Source: Bacteriovoracia bacterium
Lineage (GTDB): Bacteria; Bdellovibrionota; UBA1018; CAIPTA01
NCBI GenBank assembly: GCA_050246755.1
Contig: JBFWVL010000001.1
Coordinates: 1,664,001 to 1,728,000 of the forward strand
Direction: 5' to 3'
DNA: 64,000 bases
The translations under genes and the position numbers were made by a program. The first letter of the stretch is position 1, and every line of letters begins with the position of its first letter. This document shows positions 46,972 to 56,510 of the stretch, piece after piece. The notes beneath the pieces are model-generated. The model saw only the letters and a list, made by a program, of their open reading frames with translations, searched no databases and had not been told where the DNA came from.

Positions 46972-47753
46972 GTTTCGAACCCTTCCAATACCAAGGCGCC
47001 AAGAAAGTTTCCGGATCGGCCGATCCGAAAGCCCCGGTGCCGGCGGGAGTTTCCGGCGGGCCGGTTAAATACCAAGAGCCCACTTTCGTTAGCCGCGTGA
47101 GTCCCAAGGAAGCGGATTCCTCTCATCGCCACCAGAACGAGCATTTCCACTTGGATAAAGCCGTGGCTGGTCAGCTAGGCATCGACGATCGGGTGAAGCA
47201 GGAGCAGGAAGACTATCTCGAAAAAGAGCTCGCGCGGCGCTGGGAGAAAATGAGCGATCAGGCGGAGGCCGCCGGTTATACGAAAGGCCTCGAAGAAGGG
47301 AAAGCCGAGGCGCACAAAGCAGAAGTTCCGCGGCTTACCGAGCGCATGGCCAAGTTCGATCAGCTTTTGCAAGAGCTCGACGGCTGCCGCGCCCAGGTGT
47401 TTACCGCCAACGAGGCTTTTCTGATGGACCTAGTTGCCCGCGTGGCCGGCATGGTGGCGCTCAAGGAAGTGGAGGTCGATCCCGATTATATTCGCCGCGT
47501 GGTGATGGCCCTGCTCCAACAGCTCGGCAGCAAAGACGATTTAAAAATTTTTCTCTCGGAGGCGGATGTCGCCAATATCGACTCACTCCGCGGCGTGATC
47601 GAGAAGGAATACGGCAAGCTCACCAATACGGTGATCGAAACCAGCCCCGAAATCCCCGTGGGCGGCTGCAAAATCGAGACGCGTTTCGGCGTGGTGGATG
47701 CTTCCGTGGCCACCCAGATCGACAACGTAATGAAGGCGCTCAAAACGCGCTAG
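46968..47753 (+). CDS. fliH: flagellar assembly protein FliH
   Basis: GYTKGLEEG, GGCKIETRFGVVDAS. Confidence 0.92.
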   Translation: MSFEPFQYQGAKKVSGSADPKAPVPAGVSGGPVKYQEPTFVSRVSPKEADSSHRHQNEHFHLDKAVAGQLGIDDRVKQEQEDYLEKELARRWEKMSDQAEAAGYTKGLEEGKAEAHKAEVPRLTERMAKFDQLLQELDGCRAQVFTANEAFLMDLVARVAGMVALKEVEVDPDYIRRVVMALLQQLGSKDDLKIFLSEADVANIDSLRGVIEKEYGKLTNTVIETSPEIPVGGCKIETRFGVVDASVATQIDNVMKALKTR

Positions 47754-47935
47754 TCTTCATAAACCATTGATTTTATATCATTTATTTAGATAGCTCCTCG
47801 GCGCTATTCTCCAATATCCTTTCTCGGAATGGATACCATATCTTTTTTGTCTAATAATCGTTGACTCTAATAACGCAGAGCGATAAATATTCTTCCACGC
47901 CAAATGGCGAATCTTTACAACTGAGAGCTTTGAAA

Positions 47936-48994
47936 ATGAAATTTCTGTCGGTGCTTCTTTGGCCACTCCTAATTCATCCGGCGCTTGCAGCGGAAAAGGG
48001 AGCCGCTCCCACTCCCGCCGAAACCAACGCGATCATCTCTAAGCAAATCGCCAAGCAGTTCGCCGCCCTCGGCGGATCTCCGAAGGCGCTGAAACACCTT
48101 GGCTGCTTCCTCAAAAACCAGCGTAATGCTCGTTTCGGTCTCAAAGAAATTAAGAACAAAAAAGACGCCAGCACCGTAGACCGTTGCAATAAAGTAGAAG
48201 GCGGCAAAGCCGAGATTTCTCTTCACCGCGAAGATTATGCTCTTGTAGTCGACTATACTCGCCCCCCCACCTCCCGCCGCATGTACCTCATTCCCCTCAG
48301 CGGGAAAGGAAAAGTAGAAAGTTACTACGCCGGCCATGGGCGCTTCGGCGAAACTCCCCGCAATACCGAGAAGGCCACCGTTAAAGGCAACGCGATCAAT
48401 TCCCTAAAGCTCTTCAGCAATAAACCCAACTCCAACGCCACCGCCACGGGCTTCTATATCGCCGGCCACGCGTACGTGGGTAAATACGACGGCCCAAAGA
48501 TCGAAAAAGTAAAAAAGCTCAAGAACGGCAAAACGAAAACCATCACCGTTAAGGAAGATCCCAAGCACCCGAAATTCTCTCTCGTCCTCCACGGCATCGA
48601 GCCCGAGGTGAACGATAACGCCTGTAACCGCGCCACCGTGATCCACGGTACCTCGAAAATCTCTGAAGCTGGAAAAAACGAAGGCGTGCATTTAATGAGC
48701 AGCGGCTGCCCAATGGTGGACTATAGGGCGGTAAACCGCATCGTAGAAAGCCTTAAGGGCGAGCGCGACCAAGGCGGCGCCGCGATCCTGTCTTTCGGCC
48801 CTCGTGAAGCGGCCCTCGACGATGACTATTATTGCGAGATGCGCCCGGGACAGAAGCCTAGCGTAGACGATTCCAAAAAGTCGGAAGTGAAGCCGGGGGA
48901 CGATAAGGCCGACGACGAAGACGCTACACCCGAAGAAGATGATAAAAGTGACGAGCCGGTAAAAGCCGACGCGCATGATCCGTTGGATCAGTAA
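47936..48994 (+). CDS. secreted murein L,D-transpeptidase (YkuD_2-like)
   Basis: signal peptide; VVDYTRP...RMY, GHG, FSNKPNS...GFY, NDNA..RATVIHG...SSGCP. Confidence 0.8.
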   Translation: MKFLSVLLWPLLIHPALAAEKGAAPTPAETNAIISKQIAKQFAALGGSPKALKHLGCFLKNQRNARFGLKEIKNKKDASTVDRCNKVEGGKAEISLHREDYALVVDYTRPPTSRRMYLIPLSGKGKVESYYAGHGRFGETPRNTEKATVKGNAINSLKLFSNKPNSNATATGFYIAGHAYVGKYDGPKIEKVKKLKNGKTKTITVKEDPKHPKFSLVLHGIEPEVNDNACNRATVIHGTSKISEAGKNEGVHLMSSGCPMVDYRAVNRIVESLKGERDQGGAAILSFGPREAALDDDYYCEMRPGQKPSVDDSKKSEVKPGDDKADDEDATPEEDDKSDEPVKADAHDPLDQ

Positions 48995-48996
48995 CG

Positions 48997-49317
48997 AAAA
49001 GGCAAAATGGCAGAAGGGCAAGATAGTGCTGGTTGCTATTTTGTCGTTCTTCACCCTCCCGTCGCCTTGCGATAAGACGATGCCCGATCTAACTGGTTTC
49101 TTAGGTGCCAAGGAACTGACGTTGTTTGGCAAAGCTGGGTGAACGAAATGGCGCCGTCGAGAGCTCGGGATTCGGTCGGCATGAAATGGTCTATTCCTAT
49201 ATGAATGGTTTTTGAGCTTTCACCTCCCACCGTGGGCAAGATCCAAGCCAGCGTTCCCACACGGTCTCCTAAATTTTTTTCTCTCTGCCTTTTTGCCCTT
49301 ATCCCCCTTTGCCTTTC
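48997..49317. mobile_element. degenerate element: four-helix-bundle gene remnant flanked by 8-bp periodic imperfect inverted repeats
   Basis: left arm aaaaggca-aaatggca-gaagggca (48997-49020); right arm tgcctttt-tgccctta-tccccctt-tgcctttc (49286-49317). Confidence 0.45.
49051..49182 (-). pseudogene. truncated four-helix-bundle (23S rRNA IVP-like) protein
   Basis: MPTESRALDGAISFTQLC...PWHLRNQLDRASS resembles the family N-half; the expected SI..N.AEG continuation is absent. Confidence 0.5.
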
Positions 49318-49337
49318 CTTATGGCCCCCCGTATAAT
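49309..49337 (+). promoter_or_regulatory. sigma70 promoter upstream of fliI
   Basis: TTGCCT-17-TATAAT. Confidence 0.6.
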
Positions 49338-49382
49338 TTTTATTAGTGTGATGCGTTTTTCTCCAGGAGGGAGACTAGCAGC

Positions 49383-50717
49383 ATGGACAGTTCTTATTTG
49401 CTCAACGAGCGAAAATATTTAGATCCGCTCGCGCGGACGGTGCTCTATGGCTTCACGGGAAAAGTGAATAAAGCCGTAGGGCTCACGTTTGAAGCGATCC
49501 TTCCCGGCGCTGCCATCGGCAGCATTTGCCGTCTAGATATCGGCCCGAATATTAAACCAGTTCTCGCTGAGGCCATCGGCTTCCACGGGCACAACGTAGT
49601 GTTCATGCCCCTTGAAGAAGTGCACGGAATCAACAACCAGTCGCGCGTGACTCTGCTCACCAAGCAAGCCACCGTGCGCGTTTCGGATCAGCTGCTCGGC
49701 CGCGTGCTCGACGGCCGCGGAAATCCCATGGACAAGCTGCCCGCGGCGAGCGACGGCGTGGAGATGCCGCTCTATTCGGCCCCGATCAATCCGCTCGAGC
49801 GCGAGCCGATCACCGAAAGCTTAGACCTCGGCGTGCGCGCCCTTAACGGACTAATCACCTGCGGTTCCGGCCAGCGGATGGGAATCATGGCCGGCTCCGG
49901 CGTGGGCAAGAGCGTGCTCCTCGGCATGATCGCGCGGTATACGCGCGCGGACGTGAACGTGATCGCGCTGGTGGGCGAGCGGGGCCGCGAGGTAAGAGAA
50001 TTCTTGGAGCGCGATCTCGGGCCAGAAGGCTTGGCGCGTTCCGTGGTGGTAGTGGCCACCAGCGAGCAGAGCGCCTTGCTGCGCATGCGCGCCGCTTATC
50101 TCGCCACCACGATCGCCGAGCGCTTCGCCGACGAAGGCAAGAAAGTTCTGCTGCTCATGGATTCCCTCACGCGCTTTTGTATGGCGCAGCGGGAAATCGG
50201 ACTGTCGCTCGGAGAGCCACCCGCCACCAAAGGGTATACGCCTTCCGTATTCGCCACCCTGCCCCGTCTGCTTGAGCGCGCCGGTGCCCGGGGAAATAAA
50301 GGCGGATCGATCACCGGTCTCTATACCGTGCTCGTGGAGGGTGACGATCTCGATGATCCGATCGCAGATTCCGCGCGCTCCATCCTCGACGGTCACATCG
50401 TGCTTTCCCGCGCCCTCGCCGATAAGGGCCACTTCCCTTCGATTGATGCGCTCAAAAGCGTGTCACGGGTGATGCGCTCGGTGGTGAGCGCGGAGCATTC
50501 GGATCTTTCGGCCGCGATCCGTGAGCTGATGTCGATCTATCGCGACGCCGAAGATTTGATCAATATCGGTGCCTACGTGCGCGGCAGCAATCCCAAGATC
50601 GACAAAGCGATCGAGCTTAATGACTTCATCAACCGCTTTCTCCGCCAGGACGTGCGCGATAAAACCTCTACCCAAGATACCGTGGCGCTCATGCGTGCGA
50701 TCGTGAGGGGAGCGTAG
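49383..50717 (+). CDS. fliI: flagellar export ATPase FliI
   Basis: AGSGVGKS, GERGREV, MDSLTRF, GEPPATKGY, DGHIVLSR. Confidence 0.97.
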   Translation: MDSSYLLNERKYLDPLARTVLYGFTGKVNKAVGLTFEAILPGAAIGSICRLDIGPNIKPVLAEAIGFHGHNVVFMPLEEVHGINNQSRVTLLTKQATVRVSDQLLGRVLDGRGNPMDKLPAASDGVEMPLYSAPINPLEREPITESLDLGVRALNGLITCGSGQRMGIMAGSGVGKSVLLGMIARYTRADVNVIALVGERGREVREFLERDLGPEGLARSVVVVATSEQSALLRMRAAYLATTIAERFADEGKKVLLLMDSLTRFCMAQREIGLSLGEPPATKGYTPSVFATLPRLLERAGARGNKGGSITGLYTVLVEGDDLDDPIADSARSILDGHIVLSRALADKGHFPSIDALKSVSRVMRSVVSAEHSDLSAAIRELMSIYRDAEDLINIGAYVRGSNPKIDKAIELNDFINRFLRQDVRDKTSTQDTVALMRAIVRGA

Positions 50718-51206
50718 ATGAAAAAGTTTAATTTCCGCCTCGAAGCCGTAGAAAGGCACCGCAAACTGCAGGAGCAGGAACGGCAGGTACACTTAGCTCG
50801 CTGCCTGGAAAAAATGCGGACCACCGAGAAGCGTTTACTGGAGCTCGATAAAAAAGAAGTGCAGGCGCGCCGGGAGTTTTCGGGCCTGGGGAGTCCTGGG
50901 CAAAACGAGGGGCTTACGGCCGCGAAATTTTGGATGCTCGATCAGTTTATTCAAGGCCAAAGGGTGCGCCGCGTGGATTTGAAGCAGCAGCTGGAGATCG
51001 AGGAGCAAACGGTAGCGCAGGCCTACCGGGATTTCCTCCATGCCCGGCAGCAGAGAAAAATCATGGAAAAGCTGCACGAGAAAAAGCTGAATCAGTTTAA
51101 GGCGGATTTTCGCCGCCACGAAGGGCACCTCGTGGATGAGCAGTACGTTACGAGGAATCGCCTGAAGACGAATGGCAACGGGCCCGGACAAGGAGGCGAG
51201 AAGTGA
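50718..51206 (+). CDS. fliJ: flagellar export chaperone FliJ
   Basis: MKKFNFRLE..., coiled coil, position after fliI. Confidence 0.9.
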   Translation: MKKFNFRLEAVERHRKLQEQERQVHLARCLEKMRTTEKRLLELDKKEVQARREFSGLGSPGQNEGLTAAKFWMLDQFIQGQRVRRVDLKQQLEIEEQTVAQAYRDFLHARQQRKIMEKLHEKKLNQFKADFRRHEGHLVDEQYVTRNRLKTNGNGPGQGGEK

Positions 51207-51814
51207 AAGGTAAAGTAGTTCTACTCACGGGCTGCGTATTCATGTTGCTAATGGCCGCCAGTGTGGTGGCAGAAGAAAGCAAAAAGGAAGAGGCAAAGTC
51301 CGCCAGTTCCGCTCCGGCCGCGAAGAAAACCAGCACGCCCGTAGCCCTCACGGTGGAGGCGATCCAGGAGCTCGAGGAACGTAAAAATTCTCTCGATGGC
51401 CGCGAGCAGGCCCTGAACGAGCGCGCCACGGCACTCGATCTCCAGGAAAAGATTTTGAAGGATAAGCTCAAGCGCATGGAAGAGCTCAACCAGAAGATGG
51501 CGGAAAAGCTCGATACCTTTAAAAAGGACCATGATTCGCGGGTTACGAAGCTGGTCACGATGGTGGAAACCATGAAGCCCGCGGCGGCCGCGGCCTATAT
51601 CGAGCAGCTGGACCCCGATCTCGCGGTGGAGATTCTCGCGCGTATTCAGGTGGCCCGCGCGGCCAAGATTCTAAACCTCGTGGAAAAAACGAAGAGCGCC
51701 CGCCTCACGGAGCTCTACGCCGGCTACCGGCAAAGCATCGATCCGCCCGCACCCGCCGCGGTGCCGCCCAGTGCGGAGAAGAAGGAGGACGCGAACGCAC
51801 CCAAGAAAATGTAA
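51203..51814 (+). CDS. MotE/YlxF-like (MgtE N-terminal-like) flagellar protein
   Basis: signal/TM, coiled coil, MKPAAAA...LAVEIL...AAKIL. Confidence 0.8.
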   Translation: MKGKVVLLTGCVFMLLMAASVVAEESKKEEAKSASSAPAAKKTSTPVALTVEAIQELEERKNSLDGREQALNERATALDLQEKILKDKLKRMEELNQKMAEKLDTFKKDHDSRVTKLVTMVETMKPAAAAAYIEQLDPDLAVEILARIQVARAAKILNLVEKTKSARLTELYAGYRQSIDPPAPAAVPPSAEKKEDANAPKKM

Positions 51815-51824
51815 GTGGTTAAAC

Positions 51825-51900
51825 GTCGGTTTCAGTTTGAGTTTCGGTTCAAAAACCAGAAACGAGAGCCAGAAACAGCGATCGAAAACGGAAGACAGAC
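51825..51900 (+). repeat. hexamer-periodic long imperfect hairpin
   Basis: gtttca-gtttga-gtttcg-gttcaa followed by complementary gaaac-type units. Confidence 0.5.
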
Positions 51901-51926
51901 AACAATTTACCAGGAGGGTAAATAGA

Positions 51927-53435
51927 ATGGATATGTCGAACGCAACCGCTGCCGGCCCTTCCTATGGACTATTCGATGTTTTATTCGGATCGGCACCTAA
52001 GGAAGAAACGGGAGACGGACAAGAGTTCGGGCCGATGATGGATATCATCAAAGCTCTGAACAAAGGCAAGGAAGAGTTATCGCAAGGTGGCAGTCGGACC
52101 GATAAGGGGACTGTTTCGGAAGTTGGCGCGGGTGAATCCCGGGCCATGATGGCTTCCGAAAAAGACGCGATGGCAGCTGAGCTGGCACAGAATCGCCTCG
52201 AATCCGAGACGAGAGACCGGGAATTGCGGGAACGCATGCAGGCTCTCTTCGGAATCGGGATGGTTCAAGGGCCCGCGGCAATGAATCAGGCTCCGGCGAC
52301 CCCGGAAATGCCGGAAGCATTGCCCACGCTCGATGCCAAAGAGATCAATCGCGCCCTGAAGGAAAAATCTCTCCCTGGCCTAAGTGAATCCGAGCAAAAA
52401 TTGCTCGAAGCGGTGAACGGAAAACTGGCGGCAACCAATGCCGAGCAGGCCCTTTCCGCTAAGGAACAAGCCTCGGCCAGCGCGCTCGAAAAAGAGCTCG
52501 CCGGCAAGGGCATCAATCCACGCGATATCAAGAGCGGTGAAGCTCAGGGTACTACGCCAGAAAAAATAGTAAGCACGGAAACCTACCTCAAGATGCACGA
52601 AGCTTTCGGTAAGAACCAAGCGAAGGACGCGGGCGTCACTAAGCGCCTCGTGGCCGTCGACGACGTTCCGCCCCAGGGCGTGAGCGGACCAGAAAGCTTG
52701 GTCCGCAATGCAGTCGCTGAGTCCGAAGGCAAAGGCAAAAACCAGGATCTGCTCGGGAACGCGCACCGTCAGGGGCTCGATAAGCTCGATGGCGATTCTG
52801 GATCAAAGGTGAAGGGGCCCGGCAGCGGGGCTTTCGCCGAGATGATGCAGTCGCTGAAGGGTGAAGGCTCGCTCGAGACCAAGGACGTATTTCTTTCGGG
52901 TAAGCCCGAACAGATGCGCCCCGTCTTGATGGGCGAAGTTCAGCAGGGGGTGAACGTACAGGCACTGAAGGGCGGCGGCGAGATGCGTCTCGTGGTTCAT
53001 CCTCCGGAGCTCGGTGAAGTTCATCTCAAGGTGGGTACTAAGGAAGGCAAAGTAGAAGTTTCGGTTACCGCGGAAAACAACAAGGTAGCCGATATGATCC
53101 GGGGCGGTTCCAAGGAATTGGAAAGCTCGCTCCAGGATAAAAATCTAACTTTGGCTAAGTTCGAAGTAACCGTAAGCGACCAAGTAACCGTTGCTTCCTC
53201 CGACACGAAGAGCAGCCAGAACGATCAGTTCTCCTCGCAGAATCAGAATGGATTCCTGCAAGGAAACGGCCGTGAAGGCAGCTCCTCGGCTCGCCGGGAA
53301 AGCAATCAGGGGCGGGAACCCAATTTTGGTTCCTTCCTCGATGAACCAGCGCGCTCGGGCCCCGGCACGCGAGTGAAGAATTCGGCGCGTGCGCCGGTTC
53401 TTTCCTCCGCGGGACGGCTCGACGTGGTGGCGTAG
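51927..53435 (+). CDS. fliK: hook-length control protein FliK
   Basis: C-terminal MRLVVHPPELGEV...V...AEN...LE.SL; start MDMSN with AGGAGG RBS. Confidence 0.9.
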   Translation: MDMSNATAAGPSYGLFDVLFGSAPKEETGDGQEFGPMMDIIKALNKGKEELSQGGSRTDKGTVSEVGAGESRAMMASEKDAMAAELAQNRLESETRDRELRERMQALFGIGMVQGPAAMNQAPATPEMPEALPTLDAKEINRALKEKSLPGLSESEQKLLEAVNGKLAATNAEQALSAKEQASASALEKELAGKGINPRDIKSGEAQGTTPEKIVSTETYLKMHEAFGKNQAKDAGVTKRLVAVDDVPPQGVSGPESLVRNAVAESEGKGKNQDLLGNAHRQGLDKLDGDSGSKVKGPGSGAFAEMMQSLKGEGSLETKDVFLSGKPEQMRPVLMGEVQQGVNVQALKGGGEMRLVVHPPELGEVHLKVGTKEGKVEVSVTAENNKVADMIRGGSKELESSLQDKNLTLAKFEVTVSDQVTVASSDTKSSQNDQFSSQNQNGFLQGNGREGSSSARRESNQGREPNFGSFLDEPARSGPGTRVKNSARAPVLSSAGRLDVVA

Positions 53436-53495
53436 CGATTAGAAAATAGTAGAACCCGGGGAGATAAATCCCCGGGAACTTTTTGAAAGGCGAAT

Positions 53496-54527
53496 ATGTC
53501 CGATATCAAAAGCGTAAATAATAACGTAGCCAAAGGCCCCGATCAGCACGTCGAGCAAATCCGCCAGAAGCTTGGAACCGATTTCAGCGATCGCAAGATC
53601 GCCGGCAAGAAAAATAAGAACGAGATGGGGAAAGACGATTTCGTTAAGCTGATGAGCGCCCAGCTTAAATACCAGGATCCGATGAGCCCGATGAAGAACG
53701 AAGAGATGGCCGCGCAGCTCGCGCAATTTTCCGCGCTCGAGCAGATGGTGAACGTGAACCAAAATTTAGAAAAAATGACCGCCGCGCAGAAGCCGCAGGA
53801 CAACGTGCTGGCCGCCTCCCTCATAGGGAAAAGAGTGCAAACCGATTCTTCGCGCTTTCAATTGGCAAAGGGCCAGCAGCCAGAAATTAAATTTGAAATT
53901 CCTGAGAACGCCGAAGCGGTGAATGTTTCGGTCGTGGACGCCAAAGGCGAAGTGATTCGCGAGATCGAGCTCGGCGCGATGGGAAAAGGCGCACAGTCGA
54001 TCCGCTGGGACGGCAAGAACGGCAAGGCCCAGGAGCAGGCGGTGGGAGAATATACTTTCCGCGTGAACGCGGCGGGCGAGGGCGGTAAGCCGGTTCAGGT
54101 GATTACCAGCACGAGCGGGCTGGTGTCGGGCGTGAGTTTCGAGGGCGGAAAACCGATGCTTCTCGTGGGTGACAAAAAAATAGCACTAGATACCGTGGGA
54201 AGAATCGAAGCAGATAGCCCTGCAGCGGCCCGCCAGGAAAATTCGTCCGTCAGCGCGTTGACGGATCAAGACGTTTTGAATGCCGGAACCAAACTTCCAG
54301 GAGCCAGCGACGAGAAAAAATCCTCGTCGGGAAAAAATACAAAATCAACGCAGCAGGCAAAAAACAACTTGCCGAACGAGCTCAGCGCTGAGAAAATAAA
54401 ATCTATGTTGCAGGCTCTAGGCGCTTCTCCTTCGCAAGAAAGAGCGGAAGCAGAGCAAGAGGCAGCACCCGAGGGACTGAATGGCGGCATGGGAGCCGAC
54501 CCCCTCTGGAATCCCGCAAATCTTTAA
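53496..54527 (+). CDS. flgD: hook capping protein FlgD with low-complexity C-terminal extension
   Basis: MGKDDFVKL..QLKYQDP, QLAQFSALEQ, WDGK. Confidence 0.95.
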   Translation: MSDIKSVNNNVAKGPDQHVEQIRQKLGTDFSDRKIAGKKNKNEMGKDDFVKLMSAQLKYQDPMSPMKNEEMAAQLAQFSALEQMVNVNQNLEKMTAAQKPQDNVLAASLIGKRVQTDSSRFQLAKGQQPEIKFEIPENAEAVNVSVVDAKGEVIREIELGAMGKGAQSIRWDGKNGKAQEQAVGEYTFRVNAAGEGGKPVQVITSTSGLVSGVSFEGGKPMLLVGDKKIALDTVGRIEADSPAAARQENSSVSALTDQDVLNAGTKLPGASDEKKSSSGKNTKSTQQAKNNLPNELSAEKIKSMLQALGASPSQERAEAEQEAAPEGLNGGMGADPLWNPANL

Positions 54528-54557
54528 GTTGGAAAGATTCCGACCGAGGTTATCGAA

Positions 54558-54986
54558 GTGAGTGAATTGTTGATTCCACAAGTAGGCGCGATTCGGCCCC
54601 AGCAGGGTGCGGGCGAAGTTGCGCGCACTCCGGCGCAGAAAGCGCAAGACGGGGCGGCTTTCGAAAAGCTGCTGCGTGGAACTATCGACGACGGCGCTAA
54701 GACTGCTCCCCTGCCGGGCAAGACTGTTCCCTCGGAATTAAAGTTCAGCTCCCACGCCCTGAGCCGCATCAAGGATCGCGGAATCTCGATGGGCGATGGC
54801 TTGATGGAAAAGCTGGAGAAGGCGGTAACGGCCGCCGGCGAAAAAGGTTCGAAGGAGTCGCTCGTTCTCTCCAAGGACGCGGCCTTCATCGTTTCGGTAA
54901 AAAATAAAACGGTTATTACGGTGATGGATCGTGCGCAAATGAATAGCAACGTATTCACCAATATAGATTCAACGGTGGTCATCTAA
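54558..54986 (+). CDS. TIGR02530-type flagellar operon protein
   Basis: LKFSSHALSRIKDRGI, KGSKESLV, VSVKNKTVIT, VFTNIDSTV. Confidence 0.9.
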   Translation: MSELLIPQVGAIRPQQGAGEVARTPAQKAQDGAAFEKLLRGTIDDGAKTAPLPGKTVPSELKFSSHALSRIKDRGISMGDGLMEKLEKAVTAAGEKGSKESLVLSKDAAFIVSVKNKTVITVMDRAQMNSNVFTNIDSTVVI

Positions 54987-55016
54987 GATGGAGGACAAAC
55001 GTTGAAGTGAACTTTG

Positions 55017-55182
55017 GGATCCAGCGCCAGTGAGGGCGCATAGATCCACGAGAAAATAGGATGAAAAGAATGATCTTTATCATCCGGGGAAATTAGATGT
55101 TTAACTGACGGCCGGACCCTTACGGGAGGCCATGGACAGCGGCCGATTGCCGAAGTCCACGTAAGAAAGAGCAGGAGGCTCT
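55017..55182 (+). ncRNA. candidate structured flgE 5' leader (four hairpins plus SD hairpin)
   Basis: GGATC/GATCC with GCGCC/GGCGC; GGATGA/TCATCC; GGCC..CCC/GGG..GGCC; TGGAC/GTCCA with CGGC/GCCG; AGAGC-AGGAG-GCTCT. Confidence 0.5.
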
Positions 55183-55185
55183 CGT

Positions 55186-56475
55186 ATGGGTATTCTATCT
55201 TCAATGTACACTGGTGTATCAGGCGTTCAAGCGAACGGTGAAGCGCTGGGAATTATCTCGGACAACATTGCCAACGCCAATACCGTGGGTTTCAAAACCA
55301 GCCGGGCAGAATTTGCCGACGTGGTAGCGAAATCTCTCAAAGGTATTCTCGGCGGTAACCAGATCGGCCGCGGAACGAAACTGAACGGCGTAACCCAGGT
55401 GTTCTCGCAGGGTTCGATCACGCAAACCGACAAAGCCACCGACGTTGCCATCTCCGGCGACGGTTTCTTCGTGGTTGATGGCCCGGAAGGCCGCGCTTAC
55501 ACTCGTAACGGCTCTTTCAACTTCAACAAAGACGGCGAGCTCGTGAACGTAGACGGTGCCATCGTAAAAGGCTTCCGCGCCGAAGATAACGGGAAGATCA
55601 GCACCCGCCTCGACGCCATTAAGCTCGACCGCACGGTGATCGACGCGAAGAAAACGGAAAACGTAGACATCGCGATGAACCTCGACATCCGTTCCGACGT
55701 GCTCGAGATTCCTTTCGATCCGATGAAGCCCAACGAGACTTCTAACTATTCCACCGGCATCACGGTTTACGATTCCGCCGGTAACGCGCACAACCTCACC
55801 ATGTACTTCAACAAGACCGCGGATAGCCAGTGGACCTGGAGAGCCATGGGTAAAGGCGAAGAGATGGTGGGCGGCGTGAAGGGCCAGGGATTCGAAGGCG
55901 CTTCGGGAACGCTACAATTCTCGATCGACGGTAAGCTTCAGTCTCAAACGATCACCAAGAACGCGTTCAGCTTCACCAAAGGGGCTCAGCCGGACCAAGC
56001 CATTAACTTTAAGTTCGGCGATGATATCCTCGGTGGCGGAACCGGCGTGAAGGGCTCTACCCAGTACGGCTCGAACTCCGATATCTACAAGCATACCCAG
56101 GATGGATACACCGCGGGAACCGTGGGCGGCCTCTCGTTTAACGACGACGGCGTGCTGGCGGCGTTCTACACCAACGGCGTAACCAAGAACTTGGCCCAGG
56201 TAGCGATCGCGAAGTTCGAAAACAACGAAGGCTTGCTCAAGGCCGGTAACAATATGTTCCGCGAATCCCGTAACTCGGGCGCCGCGAACGTAGGGGCACC
56301 GAACAACGCGGGCCGCGGAAAGGTGTTTTCGAAGTCGGTAGAGGCGTCCACCACGGACATCGCTTCCGAGTTCGTGAACCTGATCCAAATGCAGCGCGCC
56401 TTCCAGGCCAACGCCCGCACGCTCACCTCGTCCGACGAGCTGATGCAAGAGATCCTGAACATGAAGCGCGGCTAA
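55186..56475 (+). CDS. flgE: flagellar hook protein FlgE
   Basis: NIANANTVGFK, DVAISGDGFF, YTRNG.F, VYDSAG, QRAFQAN. Confidence 0.97.
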   Translation: MGILSSMYTGVSGVQANGEALGIISDNIANANTVGFKTSRAEFADVVAKSLKGILGGNQIGRGTKLNGVTQVFSQGSITQTDKATDVAISGDGFFVVDGPEGRAYTRNGSFNFNKDGELVNVDGAIVKGFRAEDNGKISTRLDAIKLDRTVIDAKKTENVDIAMNLDIRSDVLEIPFDPMKPNETSNYSTGITVYDSAGNAHNLTMYFNKTADSQWTWRAMGKGEEMVGGVKGQGFEGASGTLQFSIDGKLQSQTITKNAFSFTKGAQPDQAINFKFGDDILGGGTGVKGSTQYGSNSDIYKHTQDGYTAGTVGGLSFNDDGVLAAFYTNGVTKNLAQVAIAKFENNEGLLKAGNNMFRESRNSGAANVGAPNNAGRGKVFSKSVEASTTDIASEFVNLIQMQRAFQANARTLTSSDELMQEILNMKRG

Positions 56476-56510
56476 TAGCTGGCTGAGTTCCAAGTAGTTT
56501 GAACATCTAG

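Noticed and set aside
53455-53476. CCCGGGGA-gataaa-TCCCCGGG hairpin between fliK and flgD as a REP/CRISPR repeat
   Set aside because: Single copy in the window; more likely an ordinary stability or weak termination hairpin
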